From NCBI GenBank assembly GCA_049999805.1, contig JBNGIO010003217.1, forward strand, positions 1 to 43,883: a stretch of DNA of 43,883 nucleotides, given 5' to 3'. The DNA is from Folioceros fuciformis (lineage: Eukaryota). The notes beneath the pieces were generated by a model. It worked only from the letters and a program-made list of their open reading frames with translations, was not told where the DNA came from and did not search any database. The translations under genes were made by a program, and so were the position numbers. Of this stretch, positions 12,601-24,158 are shown one piece after another. Every line of letters begins with the position of its first letter. Position 1 is the first letter of the stretch.

Positions 12601-14773
12601 TTCAGCTATGAAAAGAATGGCCGAGGAACGGGCTCTCTTGTCCACTCTGTTTGGTCTCCGGCCAGGTCAGGATGCTGTGATAACAAATGGACGAGTCTTT
12701 GTCCAGGACAAGGGGAAGTATTTTGTTGCAGAAGACTTTCCACTGCTAGATGCGGTCCACTATGAAAAGAGGGTTAAGCCTGTGCAGGAGGTTGTCTCTG
12801 AGATTGAATGGATGGATGTTGAGCCAGATGATATAACCAGTGAATTTCTAAGCACGGTTATTATGGCGGTCTCGTCATCCATGGCGGCAAGATCAAGAAC
12901 TCCTGATTCTGCGCGGTTTGACTTGCTGCAGGGGGACCACAGTGCCATTGTAAGGCAAGTGGATGATGCCGACGTTCATGTGGATGCTATTATTGATCCT
13001 TTGAGCTCAAACGGACAGAGACTGACTTCGCTTCTGGTGCTTCTGGAAGAATGGTTGCATCCAAGCATGCGGATCCTCTTGAATCCATCAAGTGGTCTAT
13101 CTGACTTGCCTTTAAAGAATTTTTACCGATATGTGGTGCCAGCGAAAGAGGATGGCGCCTCACGCGGTCCGCTTACTCCTGGTCCTGTTGGCCAGTTTTT
13201 AAACATGCCTCCTTCTAGGACAATGACCATGAACCTTGACGTTCCAGAACCTTGGTTGGTGGAACCAGTCATAGCAGTACATGATCTGGACAACATTGTG
13301 CTTGAGAAGCTCAGTGGACGAACCATGCTTGCAGTTTTCGAGCTGGAAGCATTGGTTGTCACGGGGCAGTGCTATGAGAAGGGTCTTGAACCACCAAGAG
13401 GACTCCAATTGGTTTTGGGCACTAAGTTCGTGCCACACATGGTGGACACCATTGTCATGGCAAACCTAGGCTACTGGCAATTGAAAGCCGCGCCTGGAGT
13501 TTTTAACCTCAAGCTGGCACCAGGCAAGTCCACGGAGCTGTACACTCTGCAGGGACCAGGAGAGGGCACTGATACTGGTCCAGCTGAGAGAAGACTTGTC
13601 GTAAAGTCTCTCGCAGGGGAGGTGGTTCGTCTGGAAGTTGTGAAGAAGAAGGGCAAGGAGAATCAGAAAATGGTTGATGCAGACGATGACCTGGATGATG
13701 CGTCTTCAAATGAAGCAACTGAACGAAAAAGGGGGAAGTCGAAGACTGCAGGTATTTTTAAGTGGGCTACAAACTTCATGGGTTTGCACAGAGAGTCCGA
13801 GCTCCAACCTGCATCCTCGGGTGGACATCATAAAGACAGGCATGGCGAGACTATCAACATATTTTCCATAGCATCTGGTCACCTTTATGAAAGGTTCTTG
13901 AAGATAATGATGTTGAGTGTTTTGAACAACACGAAGCGACCTGTCAAGTTTTGGTTCATCAAGAACTATTTGTCACCCCAGTTCAAGGATGTGATCCCCC
14001 ATATGGCCAAGGAGTATGGATTTGAGTATGACCTTGTGACCTACAAGTGGCCTTCGTGGTTGCACAAACAGACAGAGAAGCAGAGACTGATCTGGGCCTA
14101 CAAGATCTTGTTCCTTGACGTCATCTTCCCCTTGTCCCTGAAGAAGGTGATTTTTGTTGATGCTGACCAGATCGTCCGAACTGATATCGGCGAGCTTTAC
14201 GACATGCATATCGGAGGGAGGCCTCTAGCTTATACTCCATTTTGCGACAACAACAAAGACATGGATGGATACCGCTTTTGGAATCAGGGGTTCTGGAAGG
14301 ATCATCTACGTGGGAAACCGTATCATATCAGTGCCCTTTATGTAGTTGACCTCGTGAAGTTTCGACAGACGGCAGCGGGTGACAAGCTTCGTGTGTTCTA
14401 TGAAAGTCTTAGCAAGGATCCAAACAGCTTGTCCAACCTGGATCAGGATTTGCCAAATTACGCACAACATACGGTTCCAATCTTCTCGCTGCCGCAACAA
14501 TGGTTGTGGTGTGAGTCCTGGTGTGGGAATGTCACCAAGTCACAAGCAAAGACCATTGATCTGTGCAACAATCCTATGACGAAGGAACCGAAGCTTGATG
14601 GGGCTCGTCGAATTGTTGCTGAGTGGCCTGCCCTCGATGAGGAAGCCAGAGAATTCACAGCAAGGATACTCCATGGGGATGATGTTCAACCACGTCCTGC
14701 AACACCTGTTGTTGAAAATATCCGGGAAACTTCTCAGGCTAGCAGGGATCCGGAAACTGTGGCCGAGTTGTAG
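9632..14773 (+). CDS. UGGT: UDP-glucose:glycoprotein glucosyltransferase, 2 exons
   Basis: Exon 1 is 9632 (or 9707)-9855, with a signal peptide and KNINVAVRAKWTGTPLLLEAG. Intron 9856-10062 (GT..AG, phase 2). Exon 2 is 10063-14773, uninterrupted. Motifs: GYGVELALKNMEY, DTIVMANLGYWQ, GT24 domain INIFSIASGHLYERF, FVDADQ, NLDQDLPN, WLWCESWC; C-terminal VAEL is ER-retention-like. Confidence 0.97.
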
Positions 14774-15069
14774 CGGCAGTATGCATGGGTGCCCCACGGT
14801 CTGCCCATTGCTGGGGTTTTTGATGGTTTGGCCTCTTCCCTGCAAAGCATCTCCATGTGAATGAGAAACGTCTTTCTTAGATCGATGTAATCCTTCCCAG
14901 AAGGAAATAAGTTATAGATGGTCGAAACTCTCTTTACTCTACGGCAAAGTCCATGGCCAAATGGTCGAATCACATTCGCTCAGATCGGGTAAGTCGGGGC
15001 CCCAAATTCCCTCTGCGCCCCCCCCTAACTGTGCGAACAGTGTGACACGGTGACATCAGCCGAAGTATC

Positions 15070-15735
15070 TCATTTCTTCTTCTTGTCACGCCTACCCTTG
15101 CCAGAGCTGGCAGCTGCCCTTGACGACCCTGCTGCCTGGTCGTGCTTCTTGTCACGCCCTTGATGTCTCTTCACCAAATCCGCTACCTTGAGCATCAACA
15201 CCTTCCCTGCAAACGGGGATTCAAACTAGTCAGGACAAAGCCACAAGCAACTGTTTCACCTATGGCTGACAGTGGAGAAACAAAACAGTTCCATCTCTAG
15301 CCCTAACGCGCGATCTGAGAAGAGTCAGGATTGCGACTCAAACCTACCCTCAACCTCGGCCGAGCAACGAGGGCTTACTTGAAGGAAGCAAGGGATTGCT
15401 GAGGTCGCCAGCTTCGGTCTTGAGCTGCACCCGAGCTCTGCCTCTTTGCATGTAGTCTCTGGAGTACGCCTTATCCAGCTGTCCAATGACAACGGGAAGA
15501 CAGTAAGTCAGCATCGAATGACGCTGCAGAGCCGGTGAGACGAAAGCTCAGCACCTACCTCTAGCTTGTATGGAATTTTGAGGTAGTTGCAGCAGTCGCC
15601 TATCTCCTCAATGGTAGGGTTGTCCACTGCAGCAGCCTTGCTGATCCGGCGGCCCTGTGCCACCGTCTTTGTGGAATTGATGTAGACTGGGTAGATCACC
15701 ACCCAGCGTGAGGTGTCCACTGGATCCTCCATCAT
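15070..15735 (-). CDS. SRP19: Signal recognition particle 19 kDa protein, 3 exons, 137 aa
   Basis: Exons 15735-15559, 15478-15379, 15206-15070. Motifs WVVIYPVYINS, GRRISK, DKAYSRDYMQRGRARVQLK and a Lys-rich tail (RRDKKKK*). Confidence 0.96.
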
Positions 15736-16368
15736 CCTCGCCTATGCTCCAGGGCCGACCTCAAACCCGTGGTACCCACGGCACATTAGTCACACGTTCT
15801 CCCCTCACTAGCCTTAGGACATTCCTTTACGCCTCTACAAAGGTGAATTAAACCCAACGACAGCGCCAGGAAACAACTTGTGCGTTGCAGGCGAGCTGAA
15901 GAGGGTTTTGCAACTACTGTCTCTCTTGTTGCGTTCGCCTTCGGGTTATGGACCCCAGCTAAAACGTGCCGTGCTCTCTTGCCCAGCGCCAGGGCGTCGG
16001 TTAAGAGACGAGACCGACACGGATCCTCTGGTTGCATGAAGGAGGTTAGTTGTGGTCTTCTCTCTATAATATGTAGATCCCCGATCACACCCATATCGTG
16101 GAAGCTTTTCGAGATACTGTTGTACATGTGATTCAAATCTGTACATGGCAGCAAGGGAGTACAGTTACAAGCAGGCATTTGGTCTATGGACGCAGACCAC
16201 GCAGTGTGGGCCTCGGATGGGAAAAAAAAAAAGGAACCTGTCCTGGCGAGCAAAATCCTAGTGAGCAAAAAGGGAGACCATCTATTTTACAGATTCACAG
16301 GTCACCACTTGAACACTGGTCAAATGGCCACACGGCACACAACGTGGGAATGAAAGCCTCGCCTCAAC

Positions 16369-18092
16369 TTAAACATCTCTGGGATCAACGAACAGGCTGG
16401 ACGATGGTGCAGAGCTGCACCAGTCAAATAGATCTGAGCCGGAGAGTGGTTCCAGCGCAAGATTGGGATCAGTGAGAGCATCGAGGTTGCCATCACAAAG
16501 TATGGTGTTGTCCAGCCACTTAGCCCTGTTGCAGATGGCGACTGACTCTGTTAGATTCCTGTCTGAGCCCTTCTGCAACCGCTTTACACTCCAGAGATCG
16601 TCCGCAGAAGAAAGGACTTTCCAGTGTGGTATCACATTTCTCAAGGGATCTTGTGCCCCTACTTCCGACATCACCACACCGCAGCCATTCCTAAGAGCAA
16701 GGTTGTGAACATGCCAGCACAGTGCAGACAACAACTCTGCTGCCCTTGGGCCTTCCGCGTGTAACCCGAACATGAAGTGCATCCCGAAAGGTGTGAATAG
16801 ATTGGGAATAGAGGGGACGCCAAATCCGGGAAGGGCCCAGTCTGCTAACCTGGAGGCAGCGGCTAGTGCTCTGATAGTCCGCGACACTCCTGTCACTTCT
16901 AGGGAGAAAATCTCATTGCACTTCCAGATGCTAAGCATGGCCCAAGATCCAGGCTTCACTGCTCGTTCTGTTCCGGAACATGGCGTCCAGCACTCGTCGT
17001 GATTGGCACTCTTACAAGGACCCTCATTGCAAAGCCTCCCCAAACCCAGCAGTTCGTCTTCTTGCATTCTAGCAACCCAGGTCCCGGCACAGAGTTTGGA
17101 TCCGAGCACCGCGTCGATGTCTTTGGGGAAAAATTCTTGGGCACCAAGAACAGATCTGTAAAGCAGAGTAGCGCTGGTGGGGCTGATCTTCAACACTTTG
17201 ACATCTGCAGGGATGGGCCGCGGGTGAACGAACACGGGGTGAATCAAGATGACAGGAGTTCTAAAGGGAATATACTGGAGCTTCTCGTTGAAGAGCTTGA
17301 CAGATGGCTCATTATCCTTCACTGTCGCGACATACACATACTCTGCTCCATGTTGTTTGCACCAGTCTTCCATCTTCATAACCAACCTCATGGCAATCCG
17401 CAGTCTCCTGTGGACCAGTAACTACGGCATGGTCAGAACACAGTCCGCGGACCACTCAGAACTATTCCACGTCGAACCCAAAAAAAAAAAGACTTTCAAA
17501 CCACATCAGCAGCATCCCCCCCGCCAGTAGCACTGAAGGTGTGACTCCAAAGCAAAGATCCGTCGCCTAAACACCAGATCTCACTACCCCACCATGCCAC
17601 ATCCTCCATACACAAAGGCTCACCTGTGCGTGGGGGAGACACGCAATCCACAAAGATACCCAATCTTTGCATACAGAGGCGAGATGCCCACTTTAAGCTT
17701 AGCATTGATCGTTTCTTTGTGACACACCACTTCCTTCACCCCCGCTCTAACGACACCGACGATTTCATCCTGCAGCTCAGCCACCTGCAAAAACATTCCA
17801 TTCCACGACGACTGAGGCTCGTGGCACCATCCCATTTCTCAACAGGCAGGCGGAATCAAACAACACAACGGAGCTTGGACAGAAATAGTACCAGCATCTC
17901 GTACGCTGGAAAATGCCGAACTCGGCCCAACGGATCTCCCAGCAGGTCAGCGCGCAGAGAGGCAGTGCTACCGTTTCCCGTCTCGCATTTCCTCTCCAGC
18001 TCTTCCACTCTTCTCAAATCCGAAGGAGCGTAGGTTCTCACGGTCAAATTCTTCGCCACCGACAGCTCGTCTGTAGCAACACTTGAACCCAT
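16369..18092 (-). CDS. HLS1: HOOKLESS1-like GNAT N-acetyltransferase, 3 exons, 466 aa
   Basis: Exons 18092-17892, 17784-17624, 17407-16369. Motifs DLLGDPLGRVRH, GLRVSPTHRR, FRTPVILIHPV, EFFPKDID, IPHWK..S..DLW and C-terminal LFVDPRDV. Confidence 0.93.
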
Positions 18093-19299
18093 ATTCTCCA
18101 CAAAATTTCCTCTCCAATACTAAATTGCGGAATCCTCCAGAATCCCAGGAGCCAAGACCGCAGTGAAACGGTGAAGAAACGAGGAGGGCGTCCCCGGGCG
18201 GTGAAGGGAGGGGGCGGGAAGGGGAGAATGCGCAGCTGGTTCAAGTGAGCATAATTCTTTATACCCGGCGCAGCACAGGCGAGACGAAACAGAGAGAGGG
18301 GAGACAGCCGAGTAACAGAATCATCGGCAGTTGCCCGCACTTTCTCCACAGATTAAGCAGGTAAGATTCACGCATGGTGCCGCCGGGTGAGGACTGTGCG
18401 GAGGGAGACGCAGAGCCATGCGGAAGCAGCTGGGGGGAGAGAGAAAGAAGAGAACAGAAAAGAAAGGGAAGAAGGCAAGGAAGGAAACAGGCAAGGAAGC
18501 GACACCACGCCACAGCACACCACACCACACCAGCCCACCGGACCCGACCCGAGCTCCCGGCTCAACAGAAAACATTTTCCTCGACACCCGCTCCCACAGC
18601 CCCGCAGTGCAATATAAAAGCCATGGCCCCTCGCAATTGCGCCCCAGCCCAGCAGCCCTGGAATACAGAGGTTTCCACGAGAGTCCAGGGTCGTGCAGTC
18701 AAGGGTGGACGGTGCAATCCTGCAATTCCTCAGCTGCTGCCAGCGGGCGAGCCCCGCAGGCGCCTGGGGAGCCGGGAAAGGGAGGCAATGTCAGGACAGC
18801 CAAGTTGGTGTGATGAGCAAAGCCTGGCGGCAGATCCTGCCGCAGCTGCAGCTGCTGCTGCTGGCCTCATCCGCTGACTGCTGCCAGAACGGGTCCCAGC
18901 CGCTTCCTGTCCTGCTACAGTCGCAGCAGCAGCGCGCAGCAGCAGATGAGAGATGGCAACGTAAGCTCCGCAGGAAGACAAGACAAAAAAGCAGACTCCA
19001 CAGCCTCAGCCTCAGCCCGAGCCTTCAGCTTTGCCTTCGCCTTTCTTCACGCTCCTGTGCGCGCAAGCACAAGACGAGAGCCCGACACCAGCCGGAACGA
19101 CGGGTTAACTTCACGCCTCGCTTTAACTCGGGTTAGGTGTACCAACTTCGTTGATCCAGTGTCCCGCGCTGCCTTTGCCTGCTCTTTCCTCATGGTTTAT
19201 GCATTTTTCGGGCACAAATATGTTTCATGTGTTTGATTGCCAGTGCCAGCACCAGCACCACTCGACGTCTGCAAAGTACAAGAGGTTGGTGGAATTCTA

Positions 19300-20783
19300 T
19301 CATTTCTTATGCGCGTGCCTTTTAGCCTTGTTCTTCGCATCTCCGGTTTGACTTGGGACATCGAGGCGCGGGAGAATCCACAGGAGCGGGTGTTGGGTGC
19401 CAAAGAGCTCTATCAAGTTGCACCATCCTGCACTCGTTGAGGCCTTCTTCACTCTTGCGGTGAGGCCCACTTGTATGGACTCCAAGTAGTTGTGGCCTTG
19501 GTATATATAGTAGAGCTGATGGTACAGCAGGACGGACACGCCCACCAGGATGGACAAGCAAGAGAGTGTGAGGAAGATGAGAACCAGAGCTCTTATGGAT
19601 AACATCACATGTGCTGATATCAAAGCATTCAATGCATTTGAAGCTAGTGTGGTTTCAATGGGCAGTCCTAGGGCTTTCACACTTGAGCCATCCTGGAATT
19701 TGATGACACTTGGCCAAACAAGAAATCCAGCTAGCAGAATCAAGCATAATGCATATGAGGTGCCCACTAGAGTGTAAACCAAAAAGAGCAAAAAATATCG
19801 CATGTTCTTTGCTCCCACACAGTTTCCTATCTGCAATTCACAAAGTGATGCCATTAGTAGGCAGTCCATTTGGTTCCTACTTGATCTCCACGAATGCAAA
19901 TGAAGCATAAAGATCTCCACAAATGCAAAGGAAGCATAAAGAAGAAACTCACAAATGGACAGTGGTGATCCAAGTCTTGCACACAAACATAGCAAGTGCT
20001 GCAGTGATGGACTCTTGGTGCTTTAGGGATTTTGCACATGGTGCAAAATCGATATCCTTCAAGACCCCTTTCAACAACTACATCCACACTTCCCCATGGT
20101 GTTGGCAGAGGTGGTCCAGTAGATATAGAAGCAGCCATTATATAGTTGAAGAGAACATTCAATGCAAAAAATATAGTCACAACAGAATGAACAAAATAGT
20201 TCAATGAGTAGTCAAAAAATATCAGTGGGAATACAGCCCAAATTCCTCCATCTGCCGTCAAATCAAGATACAAGCATCAACAACAGACTTTGTCTTGCAA
20301 CAGCACTTTCACAAAGCATATGTTGCATTCATAAAGAAGACAAACATTGTCAAGGAGATGGAAGAAAGCAATAACAAAAGAATGCAAGAACGTACACACT
20401 ATGACAGTGAAGAAGATGAGAACAATAGCCATAAGCAACCAATCTCTAACTTTATTCCATCTCATCCATTGATTTTGTTTCTCCTTTCTCTCTTCATTGT
20501 TAGTAATGGCACCACACCACGCACACTTAAAGAGTCGTGCAAATGACACAAGATACAATTGCTGCCCACAACCCCAACATGTTGTTTCATATGGTTTTGC
20601 AACACCTTCTGTTGTGGCATCCTCCTAAGAAGAGAAGACTCTCAATAAGTATCAAGCATTCTTGCTTACAAGAGATGTTGAAACCTTCTGAAAAAGCCAA
20701 CAAACCTCACAAGATCTTTTGTCCTCCATGCTCTTCTTATCCAGAAGAAGCAAACGATCTTCATCCACCATTTGTTTGTGCAT
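19300..20783 (-). CDS. PAT11: DHHC protein S-acyltransferase (PAT11-like), 4 exons
   Basis: Exons 20783 (start uncertain)-20685, 20624-20396, 20251-19953, 19830-19300. N-terminal CWGCG...FKCAWCGAIT zinc motif, then HHCSTC..CVQDLDHHCPF|IGNCVG and 4 hydrophobic helices. Confidence 0.92.
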
Positions 20784-21436
20784 CTTTTTCAAAGTGGTGG
20801 CGCTTTCCTGTAGCACGGGAGAGAGTAGAGCAAAGGTCGGCCACCGACTGGAAGTGTATGCTCTGTGGGTTAGGCAAAGCTCCCAAAGGTTGGAACCAGG
20901 AAACCTAAAGACGGTGGGGCGCACACGGAAGGTGGAGATGTGACCGGGAAAGGAACACGACGCACCGGAATGGACGGAGGCAACGAAATAGACGAGACCG
21001 TCGTCTGCTGGCGGCAGCCGCAACTATGGGAGAAACATTACTCCGACCCCGGGTATTTCATAAATAGCAGAATCGGCGGGGGCCGTACAGGCGGCATTGG
21101 GTACAGAACAGCAGCTACAGGGGACGACGGGGTCAAAGCAAAGCGGGGGAAAGCGGTGGCGAAAGCCCGAAACGGTTGCGCCCATTTACAGGTCGGCCCC
21201 TGTACTTTTGCGGGCAGTTAGACTAAATGCAGCCCGATTGGGGCCGTTGGAGGTGCAGGGTCAACACCAACCCATGTACTTTGCAGCGTGTGGGAGGACG
21301 CGCCACGAGCCTGGCCAGCTGAAGCTGCTGCTCATCAGCTGCTGGCGATGGCGTTCAAGGACGGCGAGGACTGTGCCTGGAGCTGGATGTGAGGTCGAAG
21401 CTGCTCGGGAGGCCATGGCCGACGAGGGATGAGATG

Positions 21437-21440
<4 letters not shown>

Positions 21441-21468
<28 letters not shown>
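21441..21468. repeat. (TG)14 microsatellite
   Basis: Counted directly. Confidence 0.97.
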
Positions 21469-21470
<2 letters not shown>

Positions 21471-23063
21471 TTGTGATGGAGACATCGTACAGTATTGTGG
21501 CACGATTAGGTGCGATAACTGAGGTAGTGAGGCGGTGGAGGAACTGGATCAAGAGTGTGTCGCGCAATGGCGGCATCACCGTCCTCTGGTCTGTGGTGGC
21601 CAGTGGGGCCGGGAAGGAAGGCAGAGAGAGCTGGTCTGCCACTGCCGATGCCGTGCAGTGCAGAGCAGTGCAGTGGAGTGGTGCAGCAGTTTCTTGTTAC
21701 TATGTACACGTATGTGTAATTGTGCTGCTTTCTCGTGAGCAGCACTGAGAGTTTTGTATTGAATTGCCGGCCCCAGCCTGCATCATGGCCGATGATGGCC
21801 TGGCCTGCAGCGATCCTGTGCCAGCTAGTGGTTGCCACAAGCTCTGCGCATTCCATGTCTGTGCTGCGAGCCTCATCATGTGCGGTAGGCCCGGGTGCTC
21901 AGCGGGCAGCCAATTCCTTTCCTCCCTTCATCGAGCCCTAGTTGCTGCAGGCTTGATGGAACTGCCAGCATTTGTTATCTGCTTGACGCTGGCAGGGTAT
22001 GTACCTAAACGTTGGGACACGGCATTGGGACACATGACTGCCCCAGGGGGGGAGGCGGCCGGGACCTGTGCCTTGGGTACTGTACTTTTACCCTGATTGT
22101 TTGCTGCAGTCTGCAGGAGCGGGGACGGTACGTTGCTGGCGCAGAGCCATGTGGAAGGACTGTCACAGGAAGCTTGGCACGCTCATTGCTGCTCCTGAAG
22201 TAGCCGGAAGTCCCTTGAATGCTGCACCAGTTGGTAGGTCTCGTGCCTTTTGAGCCCTGCGGATTTCAAGGCAAGGATGTGGATGTCGTGTGCGTGTCTG
22301 TGTGTGGGTATGTGTGTAAATGCATATCTGCGCTGCAGCTTGCGTGGGGTTGGGGTTTCCCGGTTTTGCCCTCGGCAGGGTGTGTGCAGGTGCAGATGCA
22401 GATGTGTGCGGCCTAGTTTGCAGCTTATGTGTGCAGATGCAGATGTGCGCGGCGTGGGCAGGCCAGGCCTGGCCTCCCGGCTAGTCAAGACTGGAGTTCT
22501 CATACCTATGCATGTTGTACATGTGTCCATCCCTCGTCGGTTAAAGAGGAATCAGCAGCTAGTAAATAGATTCGTCTCCAGTTGCGACGAGTCTGACATT
22601 CTCATGCAGGTAACTTGAAAGCCAATGGGTAACTGGCCACGTGGTAAGATTCCCGGGCCATCTTCCCAAGCAGATGGGGCTGCACCATTTCACCGACAAG
22701 TCCCATCTTATCCTGCATGTTCCCTACATCACATATTTTACTGTGGGCTATGCATTGTGTGTGCGTCCTGCACAAGCCCAGTTCAGGCCTGTTGGTCAAC
22801 AAATCTGGCTAGGTTGGTTGGCTGGCTGGCTGGCTGCACCCCGATTTTACAAACAAGTGCGGCCCTCTCCCTCGCCATGTGCACTTTCTCACTGAGCTTG
22901 CATTGGCTGACATTTTGTAGCGAGCAACTGGTTTTTTAAACAGAATCGTGCAGCTGCAGCGGCAACAGGCACTGGGCCAGGCTCTGGTGGAGCTTCACCC
23001 AACCCGCACAGGGCAGCACAGGGCAGGGCAGGGCAGCACAGGGCAGCGCAGCGCAGGGCGGGG

Positions 23064-23108
23064 CTGGTTGCACTTGCCTCCCCAGAATTGGGAGGCAAGT
23101 GCAACCAG
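23064..23108. repeat. Perfect 19-bp inverted repeat with 7-nt loop
   Basis: CTGGTTGCACTTGCCTCCC-cagaatt-GGGAGGCAAGTGCAACCAG. Confidence 0.97.
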
Positions 23109-24138
23109 ACATCATGCCCCGTGGTACCTCAGGCTCCAAGCCCATTATTGGCTTTCGCGGGCGTGCCGTTGTATGTATGCTGCTGGCTTTGCAAGCTGTG
23201 TGGGATCGTAAGCGTCCCTTCAGCTTCCCCAAACATCAGGCATTCATCCCTGTCCTTGACTCACCTACTGCTGCCGCTGCCAGCACCGCCATTACTGTCC
23301 TCATCACGCACATATGTACTGTACTTAGCATCCATCTCTCTCAAGATGTTGCCCATGGTTCCAGCCACAGGTACTTGCTTCCTATTCAGGTGTTCAGGTG
23401 CCCTTTCTTTACTACAGTCCCTGCCCATGTTAGTCATGCTCTTCCTCCTCCAAATACCAGACCAGGACTAACTCTAGAGTAATAAGTCGTCTTCATCCTT
23501 TTGCTGCGTTTTCCTTGCTGATGAGTGAATGGCACAGGAATTCGGTACACCGACGCTGCCCACGAAGCCGCCGACGGAGCCTCCACGTTTTCCCCGGGAT
23601 CCTTGAGACGGGCTGTGGCACTCAAAAAGGTTGGGCACTACACAACAGCAGAAACACCAGATGCAGTTGCGTCCATGGAGAATGTTGTGCTATCATTCCA
23701 TTTATAGTTACAACCTTGAGGCATGCAGTCGGCATGGGCACCCTAAGTTCCGCCCCTTGTTTTGTCTGCAGGAATCTGGTTCACAACATTCTCTTCACCG
23801 CGAGATATATTAGGCGTGACGGTCTCGGACAAGATTTGTAGCACGACCCCAACTCCTGGCCCAAGAGCCCCTCTTCCAGGGCTGCGTGCACCCAACTCTA
23901 GTCTCCCTTTCTCGATCCCAGCTGCAGCTGCAGCTGCAGTTGCATGCGATAAGCCGTCCGCGTGCCATCCACTTGTTGCTTATCTAGATCCCTCATGGCC
24001 ACAAAATATCTGCTGTAATTCCCTGCGGGGCCCCTGCCCAAGCAATGGCATCCTTCTTCCCGGCTGCCATGCAAGCGGGCGACCCGCCTTGAACACGGCA
24101 GCGGCATTCAAACTTCCCCTTCCCTCCGGGCCCGGGCG

Positions 24139-24158
24139 CGGGGCCGGGCCCGGCCCCG
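24139..24158. repeat. 20-bp perfect GC palindrome in a G/C-rich tract
   Basis: CGGGGCCGGG|CCCGGCCCCG. Confidence 0.85.

Noticed and set aside
10197-14864. Alternate-frame and antisense ORFs within UGGT (likewise within the PPR, HLS1, RRM and PIP5K genes)
   Set aside because: They are shadows of real coding sequence with no independent support.
18810-18878. TGATGA...CTGA as a C/D-box snoRNA
   Set aside because: The interior is GC-rich CTG-repeat sequence, with no terminal stem and no recognisable rRNA-antisense guide.
22171-22181. AGCTTGGCACG, complementary to part of recalled miR536
   Set aside because: Only 11 nt pair and the remainder mismatches, which is within chance expectation.
23068-23086. 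Hairpin arm as miR408
   Set aside because: It needs two indels relative to TGCACTGCCTCTTCCCTGGC, so it is not a credible family member.
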